Shown: positions 31,618 to 41,648, counted from the first letter of the stretch. The stretch is DNA of 64,000 nucleotides from Thermoproteota archaeon (GCA_027492035.1 JAOZFT010000004.1:480001-544000); one strand, 5' to 3'. Numbers and translations: made by a program. The notes: a model not told the origin generated them from the letters alone.

Positions 31618-32277
31618 TCATTCACCGAAGGCCCGGTCACCTGCATCACCTAAACCTGGGACAATATACCCTTTACTGTTAAGCTCAGGATCTATTGCTA
31701 AAGTGTAGATTTCCACGAAGGGGAATCTGTCAAGTATCCTCTTTACCCCTGTCTCTGCAGAAACAACACAAGCAACTATTAACCTCTTAGGTTTCTTTAT
31801 TTTTATGATTTTCTCTATTACTGCTTCTAAAGTGGATCCTGTAGCCAGCATGGGGTCAGAAATAATAACTACGGTGTCTTCATGGATGCTTGGAATTTTT
31901 ACGTAGTTTATTTCAATGTCGAACTTCTCTCCACCCCTGTAGCTTTCCTCCATCCTTCTTGCACTAATTATTCCTTGTCTTGAAAGGGGAAAAATCCTTA
32001 TTAACCCCTCTGTTAAAGGTATAGCTGCCCTTAAAACAGTTATTATCAAAACTTTATCTATCCCCTCTATTTTCACGCCTTTGGTTTTGGCTAAAGGAGT
32101 TTCCACTAAAACCTCTCTTTTTTTAAAGGATTTAAGTATTTCGTAACCCATGTACCTCCCTATTCTTACCAAACTTCTCCTGAACTCTATCTGGCTTAAG
32201 TTCTTGTCGCGGACTCTAGTTAATTCTTGTTGCAGGAAAGGATGGTTTAAAACATGTACTCTTCCATTAACACCCAC
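31618..32277 (-). CDS. upp: Uracil phosphoribosyltransferase
   Basis: VETPL, VLRAA, DPMLATGST, YIVPGLGDAGDRAFG. Confidence 0.96.
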   Translation of the reverse strand: MGVNGRVHVLNHPFLQQELTRVRDKNLSQIEFRRSLVRIGRYMGYEILKSFKKREVLVETPLAKTKGVKIEGIDKVLIITVLRAAIPLTEGLIRIFPLSRQGIISARRMEESYRGGEKFDIEINYVKIPSIHEDTVVIISDPMLATGSTLEAVIEKIIKIKKPKRLIVACVVSAETGVKRILDRFPFVEIYTLAIDPELNSKGYIVPGLGDAGDRAFGE

Positions 32278-32887
32278 TTAAAACCTCCTCTTTCAAATAT
32301 TTAGCTATAAAATATATTTCAGCGCTTCTAGCTCTGGAAGCCTTAGGTTTAAACCTTTTAACTTGTTTAAAATAGTTTTTAACTTCCTTAAAAAAACTTT
32401 CTGATGAGGAACCCTGAAACACCTTCACAACAAATTTTCCATTTCTTTTCAAAACTTTTCTAGAAATGTTTAATGCTCTCTTTGCTAAAAGAATTTGTTT
32501 TAGGTGATCTAGTTCCCAGTGACCAGAAACATTTGGTGCTAAATCGGACAATACCACATCTGCTTTTTGAGGAAGTGCTAACTGAATTTTTTCAACTGCG
32601 TTAGGGTTGTTGATGTCCGTTAACAAGAATTTTATGTTTTTATACGGAAAAACCGTGACAGGTTTAATATCTACAGCTAAAATGAATCCTTCATCACCTG
32701 AAAGCTTTCTTGCTACTTCAGTCCAGCCGCCTGGGGCTGCACCTAAATCAACTACTACATCTCCTTTTCTGAAAATACGGAACTTCCTGTCTATTTGGAG
32801 GAGTTTAAACGCTGCTCTACTTCTAAAATTTTTTTTCTTAGCTAGCCTGTAATAGTAATCCCTCCTTATGTAGGGCCTACTCCCCAT
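32267..32887 (-). CDS. rlmE: 23S rRNA 2'-O-methyltransferase RlmE/FtsJ
   Basis: FRSRAAFKL, DLGAAPGGW, SDLAP, KVFQG, KPKASR..S.EIY. Confidence 0.95.
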   Translation of the reverse strand: MGSRPYIRRDYYYRLAKKKNFRSRAAFKLLQIDRKFRIFRKGDVVVDLGAAPGGWTEVARKLSGDEGFILAVDIKPVTVFPYKNIKFLLTDINNPNAVEKIQLALPQKADVVLSDLAPNVSGHWELDHLKQILLAKRALNISRKVLKRNGKFVVKVFQGSSSESFFKEVKNYFKQVKRFKPKASRARSAEIYFIAKYLKEEVLSGC

Positions 32888-32925
32888 CTTCTCTCCCTTC
32901 TTTTTAAAGAAACAAGGAACTAACT

Positions 32926-33225
32926 CTAAGAGCCTCCACCAACAGGAGGGAAAATAGCTATCCTCTCTCCTCCCTTGAGTTTCGTTTCCAAACCTTTAAG
33001 AAAAATAATGTTCCTTCCATTAACAAAAACTCTAAAATGTTCACTAACCCCCCCTTTTCTTTCATCCAAGATTTTACGCGTTAATTCCTTCCCGTACTTT
33101 TCTCCAAGTTTAAAGATAGCTTCCTTAACAGTTGAACTTTCAGGTAACTCTAAAACAGCTTCTTTACACTTAGCTATCTCTCTAAGAGAGGCAAAAAGTG
33201 CAAAGGTAACTTTTACTTTTTTCAT
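32926..33225 (-). CDS. MoaD/SAMP-family ubiquitin-like small modifier / sulfur carrier
   Basis: LFASLRE, VFVNGR, IAIFPPVGGG followed by Ser-stop. Confidence 0.92.
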   Translation of the reverse strand: MKKVKVTFALFASLREIAKCKEAVLELPESSTVKEAIFKLGEKYGKELTRKILDERKGGVSEHFRVFVNGRNIIFLKGLETKLKGGERIAIFPPVGGGS

Positions 33226-33582
33226 TTAATCCCCTTCCCTACTTTTTTTTCTTTCCTCTAAAAACTAATTACATCTTGTTACTAGAGAGAAAAGGCTAGA
33301 GTTACTTTTTTCTTCCAGTTTTTTTGGAGGAGGTGCACCCCAATCTAATTTGTTATTTTTTGAAAACTTGATTACTTGTTTTTATTTTAAAAGGAAAATT
33401 TAAAAATAAATTTTTCATTATTTTAATATAGGTAAATATAGGCAAGGACATTATCCCTTCTCCTACATTCTTCAATTCAATAAATGTCCTTTACTGTTTA
33501 AGTTCTTTCCTACCGTATTCTATATAATCCGCTAAAAATTATCTTTTATTATTTCCCCTAAAAAACTAAGAGGTGTTTTGCA

Positions 33583-34674
33583 ATGAATAAAATAAAAGTA
33601 GCAATAGCTGGAATAGGAAATTGTGCCTCATCCCTTATACAAGGCGTTTATTATTATAGAAACAAGAAAGAGGGAGATTGTTTCATTCCAGGATTAATGC
33701 ACTTAGATTTTGGCGGGTACAAAATAGGAGATATCGAATTCGTAGCTGCTTTTGATGTTGATGAGAGAAAAATAGGAAAAGATTTAAGTGAAGCGATTTT
33801 ATCAAAACCTAACTGCGTACCTAAGTTCGCTGAAGTGCCAAAATTAAACGTGGAAGTTTTGAAAGCGCCAGTGCTTGACGGTGTAGCTCCCCACATGAAA
33901 ACTTTAAAATACGGAGAAGGATTCCTTGTTAATGACGAAAACGACCCTGTTGACGTAGTCTCTGTACTGAAAGAAACAGATGCTGAAATGTTAATCAATT
34001 TCACGCCTGTGGGTTCTCGTGAAGCAACAAGGTTTTTTGCTGATGCAGCTTTAAAAGCTAAAGTGGCTTTCATAAACGGAATACCTGAGTTCATAGCTTC
34101 AAACCCTGAATGGGCATCCAAATTTGAAAAAAACAAGTTACCGGTAGCTGGTGACGATATAAAAAGCCAAATTGGAGCCACGATCTTGCACAGAGTAATA
34201 ACGCAGCTTTTAAAGGATAGAGGAATAAAAATAGATGAAACCTACCAATTAAATATAGGAGGGAACATGGACTTCTTAAACATGATAGAAGAAGATAGGC
34301 TAAAAACTAAAAGGATAAGTAAAACAGAGGCAGTGACAAGCTTACTCGACTATGAAGTTCCAGTAAGGATCGGACCCAGTGACTATGTTGGTTTTCTAGG
34401 GGATAGAAAAATTTGTTACATTTGGGTGAAGGGAAGGAACTTCGGTGAGTTCCCTGTCTACATAGATATTAAACTAAATGTTGCAGACTCCCCAAACTCT
34501 GCAGGTGTAATGATAGATGTTGTAAGAGCTGTCAAAATAGCGTTGGACAGAGGAGTAGCAGGTCCTCTCATAAGTATCTCTTCTTACGCCTTTAAACACC
34601 CACCCTTGCAATACCCCGACGACATAGCTAAAAGAATGGTTCAGGAGTTTATTGAAGGGAAGAGAGAGCGTTAA
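33583..34674 (+). CDS. ino1: Myo-inositol-1-phosphate synthase
   Basis: GIGNCASSL.QG, GDDIKSQ.GAT..HR, YQLN.GGN.DF.NM, DSPNSAG. Confidence 0.95.
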   Translation: MNKIKVAIAGIGNCASSLIQGVYYYRNKKEGDCFIPGLMHLDFGGYKIGDIEFVAAFDVDERKIGKDLSEAILSKPNCVPKFAEVPKLNVEVLKAPVLDGVAPHMKTLKYGEGFLVNDENDPVDVVSVLKETDAEMLINFTPVGSREATRFFADAALKAKVAFINGIPEFIASNPEWASKFEKNKLPVAGDDIKSQIGATILHRVITQLLKDRGIKIDETYQLNIGGNMDFLNMIEEDRLKTKRISKTEAVTSLLDYEVPVRIGPSDYVGFLGDRKICYIWVKGRNFGEFPVYIDIKLNVADSPNSAGVMIDVVRAVKIALDRGVAGPLISISSYAFKHPPLQYPDDIAKRMVQEFIEGKRER

Positions 34675-34698
34675 TTCAAAGCGACTCCCCCCTATTTT

Positions 34699-35391
34699 TT
34701 AGCAGCAATTGAAAACTTTTTTCATTGCTTCAAGGAATCCCTCACCAAATTTATTTCTTGTCACATAATTTGCTCTCTTCCTCAACTCTATTGGAGAATT
34801 AGCTAAAGCTATAGAGTATCCAACTGCTTTAAACATTGGTAAATCCATTAGTGAATCCCCTATTGCAACTGCTTCTTCAGGTTTCACCCTTATAAGGTTT
34901 AAAGCTTTAATCAAGGCTTTTCCTTTATCTGTCCTTTTATCTAATAAGTGAATAGCGAATTTACTGTCAAGAACCCTAACAGGGTAATCCTCCAGGGCTA
35001 ACCTCAATTTTTCAATATCCACCTTCCTCTTAATAGCTAAATCACTAACCCTAAATCTGTTGGAGAAATGTTCCTCAATTAACCCACTAAATCTTTCATT
35101 TAAAGCTTTCAAGGCCTGTGCAACAGCTTCTAAATTTCCTAACCTGTACATTTTATTCCGATAATAAACTACACCTCCAGATTCAGCGATAACAGGGCCG
35201 CTTGTTCCAATATACCTTTTTAAACAAATAAGAAAGGGTAAAGCATTGCCTGAACTTAAAATAAACTTCACACCCTTCTCCTCAAGCTTACGTATAGCAA
35301 TAATTGCCTTAGGTTCTATCCTTAAACTCGTATCTGTTAGTGTTCCATCTATGTCTGTGGCAACAACCTTAAATTTATTCATTTCCTTCAC
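34699..35391 (-). CDS. Phosphoglycolate phosphatase-like HAD (Cof/TA0175 type)
   Basis: DIDGTLTD, SSGN, DKGKAL, IGDS..D. Confidence 0.88.
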   Translation of the reverse strand: MKEMNKFKVVATDIDGTLTDTSLRIEPKAIIAIRKLEEKGVKFILSSGNALPFLICLKRYIGTSGPVIAESGGVVYYRNKMYRLGNLEAVAQALKALNERFSGLIEEHFSNRFRVSDLAIKRKVDIEKLRLALEDYPVRVLDSKFAIHLLDKRTDKGKALIKALNLIRVKPEEAVAIGDSLMDLPMFKAVGYSIALANSPIELRKRANYVTRNKFGEGFLEAMKKVFNCC

Positions 35392-35406
35392 TCTTCTAAA
35401 TTGTTT

Positions 35407-35979
35407 TTAAACTTTCCCCTGTTTTGTTTCCAGTTCTTTCTTAATAACTGAATCAATTACGTGTTTGCATCTTAAACAAAAGTTAGGTCCTTTAAAGTCA
35501 GTGTCAAAAATGGTGTTGCTAAAATACATAACACATTTCCTGTTAATGCAATGTCTTAAGCCTAAAGTGTGCCCTAACTCATGTAAAGCCTCCTTTAAAG
35601 CCCTTTCTAATAACAGGTTTTCATCATATTCTAAGCCGTAAAAGGTTTGGTTTAATCTAGCAAGAGAAATTAAAGACAAAGGACCGTTAAACAGGGCTTC
35701 ACCGAAAACAAAGTTTAAGTTATTAGAGTAAGTGTCTTCACTCACTACAATTAAAGTTCTCCAATATCTTTTCAAGGTTTGTAGCATAGAGAAATGATTT
35801 ATTATTAAACTTGAATTGTATTGTTTCCTGTGAGGGTTAAAAGCTGAAGGGGGAATATTAAACCTTTCCCCGATCTTCACTTTTACCTCTACAAGAAACA
35901 AAGGAAGTTCTGTTTTTAAGTATTCCAAAACCGAACTAGGCACTTCTCCTATAGGCAAAATAAGAATTACAGGCTTCAT
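35407..35979 (-). CDS. amzA: Archaemetzincin Zn metalloprotease
   Basis: R.QYNS, LNFVFGEA, KEALHELGHTLGLRHC...CVMYFSN...D.K...FC..C. Confidence 0.93.
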   Translation of the reverse strand: MKPVILILPIGEVPSSVLEYLKTELPLFLVEVKVKIGERFNIPPSAFNPHRKQYNSSLIINHFSMLQTLKRYWRTLIVVSEDTYSNNLNFVFGEALFNGPLSLISLARLNQTFYGLEYDENLLLERALKEALHELGHTLGLRHCINRKCVMYFSNTIFDTDFKGPNFCLRCKHVIDSVIKKELETKQGKV

Positions 35980-36434
35980 ACAAACCTCAACGCATCCTCT
36001 TTAACACTTAACAAATTCATTCTAGCTTTTTTTAAACTTCTATTTCCAAAGCATAAATTGGTCAAAATTTAAGTGGATAGTTTTATCCTGCCTCTTTTCG
36101 TTTTTCTCCATTATCTCTGCTTATTAACTCTCGTAAGCTTTTTAATATTCAATAGCTTAACAGAACCTTTAATCCATACTTTAAAGAAGAACATTTAATT
36201 CTTTAATAAAATTAAATAACAATTTTTACTTAGAAAAATAGTCCTCTTTCAGTAATTTTTTAATTACTTTAAAAAAAAGAAAATAAAACAGTAAAATTTT
36301 TAATCAAAAAAGAAACAATTAAATTATTGAAAAAGAAAATGCTATAAATATGTAAAGGCTTTTTCTCTGTTTCATTTTTAAAACTTAACTTTTAAACTAG
36401 AGTCAAGGTTTTAAGAAAAAAGGGGAGAAAAGCA

Positions 36435-37073
36435 ATGAAGGAGTTAAATCTAGAAAAATTAAGAGAAATCTTGAAAAACCCCACAAAAAGAAAAATAGTT
36501 GAGTACCTCTGTTTAAAGGGAAAAGGGGACTTTGCAGAAATTACCAGAAGTATACCTACCTCCAAAAGAGTAGATTACCATGTTAGATTCCTATTCTTGG
36601 AAAGGGTACTGGAAAAGTTAGGCCGCGGAACCTACACTGTAAACCCAACAATTCTCTGCATGGTTAGGTCAATATTGGCAATACAGAAACCGTTAATGAT
36701 TGTAGGGGGAATAAAAGATGAAATGGAGTATAATCTAGATGTGTATTCGTCTCTAGAACCTTATGGTTATAAACCGGACAAAATAACCTATTTTGCGCCT
36801 TCAGAAACACGGAAGAAGCTAACAGGAAAAATTAAGAAAGGAGTGGAATTTAAGACATACCCTGAAGAAGTTCTTAAAAATGACTTAAGGAAAGTTTCAA
36901 GGGAAGTGGAAGAATTTATCCTGGAAAACCTTCAGAACTATGAACTCTTAATAGATTTAACGAGTGGAACAAAGCCTGTCATTATTTCTTTATTGCAAGA
37001 TTCCATAAAGTACAACTTAAAGGCGCTTTACTTTAGTGGACGTCGTGTTGACTGGGTTAACCAACCCTATTAA
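36435..37073 (+). CDS. Winged-helix + CARF-like domain protein (putative ligand-responsive regulator)
   Basis: N-terminal LKNPTKRKIVEYL...VDYHV wHTH; C-terminal Rossmann-like part with PDKITYF and the CARF-type motif IDLTSGTK. Confidence 0.72.
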   Translation: MKELNLEKLREILKNPTKRKIVEYLCLKGKGDFAEITRSIPTSKRVDYHVRFLFLERVLEKLGRGTYTVNPTILCMVRSILAIQKPLMIVGGIKDEMEYNLDVYSSLEPYGYKPDKITYFAPSETRKKLTGKIKKGVEFKTYPEEVLKNDLRKVSREVEEFILENLQNYELLIDLTSGTKPVIISLLQDSIKYNLKALYFSGRRVDWVNQPY

Positions 37074-37681
37074 TTAGCTCTGTCTCTCTATTTAACCCGA
37101 GTTCTTATAATTTAGTGTTAATAATAAAATACTTCAATAAATTTATAAACACAAACATTCGTAACTTAACTATAACTCACCTATACTTGTTATATACTTC
37201 TGGAATTATATCCAAAAATAAAATAAACACAAAGGAGTCACCCTGCCTGCTGATTTAAATCAGTTTAGGGAATTCAATATTAAAGGCCTTTTACTCTTGA
37301 AAAGAAGCTTAAGGAGCTGGAAGGAAATAACAACAGGTGAAAACGTTAGGATGCTGTGAGAAGGTCGAAACTTATTTTTCAGCTTTCAAAAGCAATAAAA
37401 ATTTTCTCTCTTAAAATGTGGCCGATAACCAGCAAAGCAGCTTTCTGACTTATTTGTACCAAGATAAAAAAGTTAATGATTCTTTTTGGATTTCACCAAT
37501 TTTCGACAAGTCAAAAATGGAAGTGTAGGAGTTTCCAAGTTAAATCCAGCCCCTAATTTTGAAAGAAGAAACAAAGTAAAAATCCTTCGAGGGTCGAGGG
37601 ATCTAGGACCAAAGACGCCTAATGAACTTTCAACTTTTTGATAAAACCCCTGCACTTCTTAGTAGAGTTTTTGTTGATTCC

Positions 37682-38341
37682 TCAAATTAAAATTTTAGTG
37701 CAGAGAGTTTTCTTTTCTTCCAAGACTTTCAAAACTCTTTCGGGATACATACCGTTAACTATAAAGCATTGTGTAACAAAACGTCTTAAAAGAAGTTTTG
37801 GAAGGTAATTATCTACACATGAACATATCTTGGAAAGGGTTTCGCAACTGATTTCATGTAACAATTTAGCATTTCTCTTCTTCTTTGGGTCTTTCTCAAA
37901 GATTCCATCTACATCTTTAACGAGGACAAGTTTCGGTGCACAAAGTAAACTTGCGATGTAGCAAGAGATGGAGTCGGAGGTTACTTCCCATGAATGTTTT
38001 AACGCGTCTGTAGAAAAAATAAGATTTGAAGGAAGTAGAATAGGTAATTTACCTCTTGAACTTATTTTTTTTACTTCCATAAGGGTTCTGCATAAAACAG
38101 CTTCAGGGTACAAGCTGTTTAAAAGAAAACCGTATTGATCCATGGCTAGAACAGCCATTTTATGCGCCGCAGAATCTGTCAACTTTAATTCCTCACTAAC
38201 CTTTCTAACAGTGTCCGCGAAAACGCCTCCTCCAGGTATGACCAACACTTTCTTTCCTGTTTCAGCCAGTAACTCTAAGATTCTCCTTATCTTTTCAGGA
38301 TGTTTCAGTAAACTTCCCCCTATTTTCACAACTGCCTCCAA
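37682..38341 (-). CDS. Amino-acid-kinase family protein (MfnE-like)
   Basis: VVKIGGSL, PGGG.FAD.VR, AH.MA.LAMDQYG, SWEVTSDSI, KDVDGI. Confidence 0.85.
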   Translation of the reverse strand: MEAVVKIGGSLLKHPEKIRRILELLAETGKKVLVIPGGGVFADTVRKVSEELKLTDSAAHKMAVLAMDQYGFLLNSLYPEAVLCRTLMEVKKISSRGKLPILLPSNLIFSTDALKHSWEVTSDSISCYIASLLCAPKLVLVKDVDGIFEKDPKKKRNAKLLHEISCETLSKICSCVDNYLPKLLLRRFVTQCFIVNGMYPERVLKVLEEKKTLCTKILI

Positions 38342-38421
38342 ATTGCCTCCCTTTCTGGGAAAAAAAGTTTTAAAAAAAATATAAAGTGAAAGTTTTTTTA
38401 AAAGGTAAAAAATAGTTTTCT

Positions 38422-39351
38422 TTATTTCTTTTTGTATATTTCCGCTATTTTAAGGTACTTCTCCCAGTTCTCATTAATTAATTCTTGGTAATATTCAATT
38501 TTCTCCTTTGACTTAATTATTTCTTTAAACCTCCCCTGTAGTTTTAAGTAACTTTCCACAGGTTTCTTTTTAGCTTTTCCCTCAGCTATCATTTTGCTGA
38601 AACCAGTAAACTGGAAAACTCCATCTTCAAATTCCCAAAGAATCCATGCTCCTGTTTGAACAGCTAATTTACCTATTTCTATCGTGAACCCAGGGTCATA
38701 TCTCCAACCAGGTGGGCAGGGGCTTAAATCTATTACTACTCTACTTCCTTTCCTCTCTTTAGCTTTCTGAAATTTACTGTAGAAATCCATTAAGTAGGAA
38801 GGCGTGACAGTGGCCACATACCTTGCACCATTCGCAATCATAATAAAACCCAAATCCTTTCTTTTCTCTGTTTTGCCTTTAGGTGTAGTAGTTGTCCAAG
38901 CCCCGTAAGGAGTAGCTCCACTTCTCTGTATTCCAGTATTCATGTAAGCTTGATTATCATAGACAAGATAAATTATGTCTTCATTTCTTTCAACAGCACC
39001 ACTTAATGCCTGTATACCTATGTCATATGTTCCCCCATCCCCCGCTATTGCTATCACGTTGACATTCTTACCTTGAACTCTGTACCCTGCCTTTATGCCG
39101 CTTGCCATTGCCGCAGCTGAAGCGAAAGCTGTGTTTTTAAGAGGAACATCAACAGCTGTTTTCGGGAAAATACCTTGAATAACGGAAAGGCAGCAAGCCG
39201 GAACTGTCACTGTAGTATTTCTCCCTAAAATTTTAAGTACATGTCTAACTGCTAAAGCCATTGCACATCCTGCACAGGCCGCATGTCCAGGCATTAAGTA
39301 CTCTTGCAAAGGTATATCTTTGATAGACTTGACTTTACTCATCTTTTTCAC
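38422..39351 (-). CDS. porB: Pyruvate/2-ketoisovalerate:ferredoxin oxidoreductase beta subunit
   Basis: GHAACAGC, GDGGTYDIG, YDNQAYMNTG.QRS..TP, SPCP.GW; Por versus Vor specificity not determinable. Confidence 0.9.
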   Translation of the reverse strand: MKKMSKVKSIKDIPLQEYLMPGHAACAGCAMALAVRHVLKILGRNTTVTVPACCLSVIQGIFPKTAVDVPLKNTAFASAAAMASGIKAGYRVQGKNVNVIAIAGDGGTYDIGIQALSGAVERNEDIIYLVYDNQAYMNTGIQRSGATPYGAWTTTTPKGKTEKRKDLGFIMIANGARYVATVTPSYLMDFYSKFQKAKERKGSRVVIDLSPCPPGWRYDPGFTIEIGKLAVQTGAWILWEFEDGVFQFTGFSKMIAEGKAKKKPVESYLKLQGRFKEIIKSKEKIEYYQELINENWEKYLKIAEIYKKK

Positions 39352-40523
39352 ACCTTTAACTGTACGAAAATAGGTTCTGTTACTTTCTTTCCTTCTGTTA
39401 CTTTCTTCTTAGCTATTTTGTGGAATGAAACTATATCCTTAAAAGTTACGTCTCTTCCGCCTAAACCTACTATGAAGTTCAAAACTGGGGGTCTGTTTTC
39501 ACTTGGGTAAAGAGTTGACTTAACTTCTATTGAAAGAGGGCCTTCATGTCCATAAGAAACACTTCTATCCATAACCACTACAAGAGATTTATTTTCTAAG
39601 GCTTCACGTATTTCCTTGTTAGGGAAGGGCCTGAACATTTTAACCTTTACTAGACCAACTTTTTCACCTTCTGCTCTTAACCTGTCTACTGCAACCCTTG
39701 TTTCTTCGGCCATTGTCCCAAGTGCTAAAATAACTGATTCAGCGTCTTCAACTCTATACTTCTCAATTTTCCCAGTTTGCAGCAAACCTGAAACTTTCTC
39801 GTACTCTCTACTTATTTCATCAAAAATTTCACCGGCATTTCTATGGGCTTGATCCATCATTTCTGAAAATTCGTAATAATGCTCAGCTGTGGTTATTCCT
39901 CCAACTGAAAACGGGTTTTCGGGGTCTAATTTCCATAAAGGCTTGTAAGGTGGTAGAAAAGAGTCTGTTTCCTCGGGTGTTAAAATTTTCACAGGTGCAA
40001 ATGTATGCGACAAAAGGAAGGCATCCATGCAAATCATTACAGGCATTGAAACTTTCCTGTCTTCACCTAACCTGTAACCCTGTAGAACCATATCGTAAGC
40101 TTCTTGGTTGTTTGAAACATAAATTTGGATCCATCCAGTATCTCTATGGCTCATGGTATCTGTGTGGTCCACCCAAATAGACCATGGTGGAGCTAAAGCC
40201 CTATTTACTACAGGCATAACGATTGGAAGCCGTGCCCTTGCAACCCAGTGCACCATTTCACTCATGTAAAGTAAACCATGGGAACTAGTGGCTGTAAAGC
40301 TTCTTACACCTGTTGATTCAGCCCCTGTAACAGCTGCCAAAGCTGAATGTTCAGATTCAACAGTCATAAATTCAGCATCCATCTTTTTGCTTGAGATGAA
40401 TTCAGATAACATTTCCACGATTGTTGTTTGAGGGGTAATAGGGTAAGCTGCAACGAATTTAACTCTGCTTGACCATGCCCCGTAAGAGACAGCATGATTA
40501 GCTGTTAAAATTAAGGTTTCCAT
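39348..40523 (-). CDS. porA: 2-oxoacid:ferredoxin oxidoreductase alpha subunit
   Basis: AYPITPQT, ESEHSA, TATSSHGL, NRA, FRPFP, GLGGRD. Confidence 0.9.
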   Translation of the reverse strand: METLILTANHAVSYGAWSSRVKFVAAYPITPQTTIVEMLSEFISSKKMDAEFMTVESEHSALAAVTGAESTGVRSFTATSSHGLLYMSEMVHWVARARLPIVMPVVNRALAPPWSIWVDHTDTMSHRDTGWIQIYVSNNQEAYDMVLQGYRLGEDRKVSMPVMICMDAFLLSHTFAPVKILTPEETDSFLPPYKPLWKLDPENPFSVGGITTAEHYYEFSEMMDQAHRNAGEIFDEISREYEKVSGLLQTGKIEKYRVEDAESVILALGTMAEETRVAVDRLRAEGEKVGLVKVKMFRPFPNKEIREALENKSLVVVMDRSVSYGHEGPLSIEVKSTLYPSENRPPVLNFIVGLGGRDVTFKDIVSFHKIAKKKVTEGKKVTEPIFVQLKV

Positions 40524-40526
40524 CTT

Positions 40527-40838
40527 CTACTCACCAAATTCCTCCACAACTTTATCAATAGCTTTAACAGGGCATTCATGGAAACAAATTAAGCATCCTT
40601 TACACCATACATAATCAACTTCAACTTTTCCATCATCTCGAAGTTTTATCGCTCTGTCTGGGCAGTAAGCCCAGCAAATTCTGCACCCTGTACATTTGTT
40701 TAAATCTACAACTGGCCTATATGTTCTCCAAAGACCTGTTTTACCACCAGCTCCTTCAGCGGGTTTAGATAATGGAGCAGGTGGGTATTCCTTCACTGAT
40801 TTCAAACCCATTTCTTTATCTACCTCTACCTTCCTCAA
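40527..40838 (-). CDS. porD: 2-oxoacid:ferredoxin oxidoreductase delta (ferredoxin) subunit
   Basis: TGLWRTYRP, CTGCRICWAYCP, CKGCLICFHECP. Confidence 0.92.
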   Translation of the reverse strand: MRKVEVDKEMGLKSVKEYPPAPLSKPAEGAGGKTGLWRTYRPVVDLNKCTGCRICWAYCPDRAIKLRDDGKVEVDYVWCKGCLICFHECPVKAIDKVVEEFGE

Positions 40839-41440
40839 CTTAACTTTCTCGTTTCGTCATATGCTCTTTCAGCAGCTTCAATATTAAGTTTAAGGGCTTT
40901 AGGATTAAGTTTTTCACTAAAGTATTCCTCTATTCCTTTCGTTACACTTTCTAAACTGACAAGCTTAGAAGACTTAGCGACTGCGCCTGTCATGGGCATA
41001 TTTACCACAGGGAAACCTGCAACTTGAAGGTTTAGATCTAAACAAATCTTAGTTGCATCTACAACCCATGTCTCCACTTCCCCTAATCCAAACTTTTCCT
41101 TCAAAATTTTTTCAGATAAATTGGTGTTAATTGTTAAAACTCCTCTCTCTTTCAAATTCTCGAACACATTAACCATTTTCAGAAGCCTTTGATCCAAAAT
41201 AACAACGTAATCTGCTTTATAGATTAAACTGTGTATATAAATTTGGTTATTAGAAATCCTGGTAAAAGCCTTTATAGGTGCACCTCTCCGTTCAGCGCCA
41301 AACAATGGAAAGGCTGTTGCATACTTACCTTCTAGAAAAGAGGCTAAAGCCAGAATTCTAGATGCTGTGACTCCTCCTTGACCTCCCCTTCCTAACCACA
41401 TTATTTCTATTAAGTCATTCATTTTTTTCCCCTTCTTCAA
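40835..41440 (-). CDS. porG: 2-oxoacid:ferredoxin oxidoreductase gamma subunit
   Basis: GRGGQGGVT, FPLFGAERRGAP, VDAT. Confidence 0.92.
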   Translation of the reverse strand: MKKGKKMNDLIEIMWLGRGGQGGVTASRILALASFLEGKYATAFPLFGAERRGAPIKAFTRISNNQIYIHSLIYKADYVVILDQRLLKMVNVFENLKERGVLTINTNLSEKILKEKFGLGEVETWVVDATKICLDLNLQVAGFPVVNMPMTGAVAKSSKLVSLESVTKGIEEYFSEKLNPKALKLNIEAAERAYDETRKLS

Positions 41441-41580
41441 ATTCTTTTTGGCCTAAATAAGAAAAAGGGATTGATTTTTTCCCAAATGAAGGGGTTTACC
41501 TTATATTTTAAAGTTTTTGTAAAAGAAATTTTCTTACCTCCGAGGCTAATGTTTTTCTATTTTCCCTTTATGGAAAGGGT

Positions 41581-41601
41581 TTCCGAATGATTCATTCAGA
41601 A
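41581..41601. promoter_or_regulatory. Near-perfect palindrome TTCCGAATGA-T-TCATTCAGAA abutting a TATA-like element
   Basis: 9 of 10 arm positions pair; directly followed by AATATTTAAA; lies in the divergent por / membrane-wHTH intergenic region. Confidence 0.5.
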
Positions 41602-41648
41602 AATATTTAAACATAATTTTTTTTTTCCTTCTTTGGTGAACTTGAGCG

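Noticed and set aside
37473-37655. 60-aa minus-strand ORF
   Set aside because: No motif or clear translation signal; cannot be supported
35980-37681. CRISPR array or leader near the CARF gene
   Set aside because: No regularly spaced direct repeats found by eye in either flank
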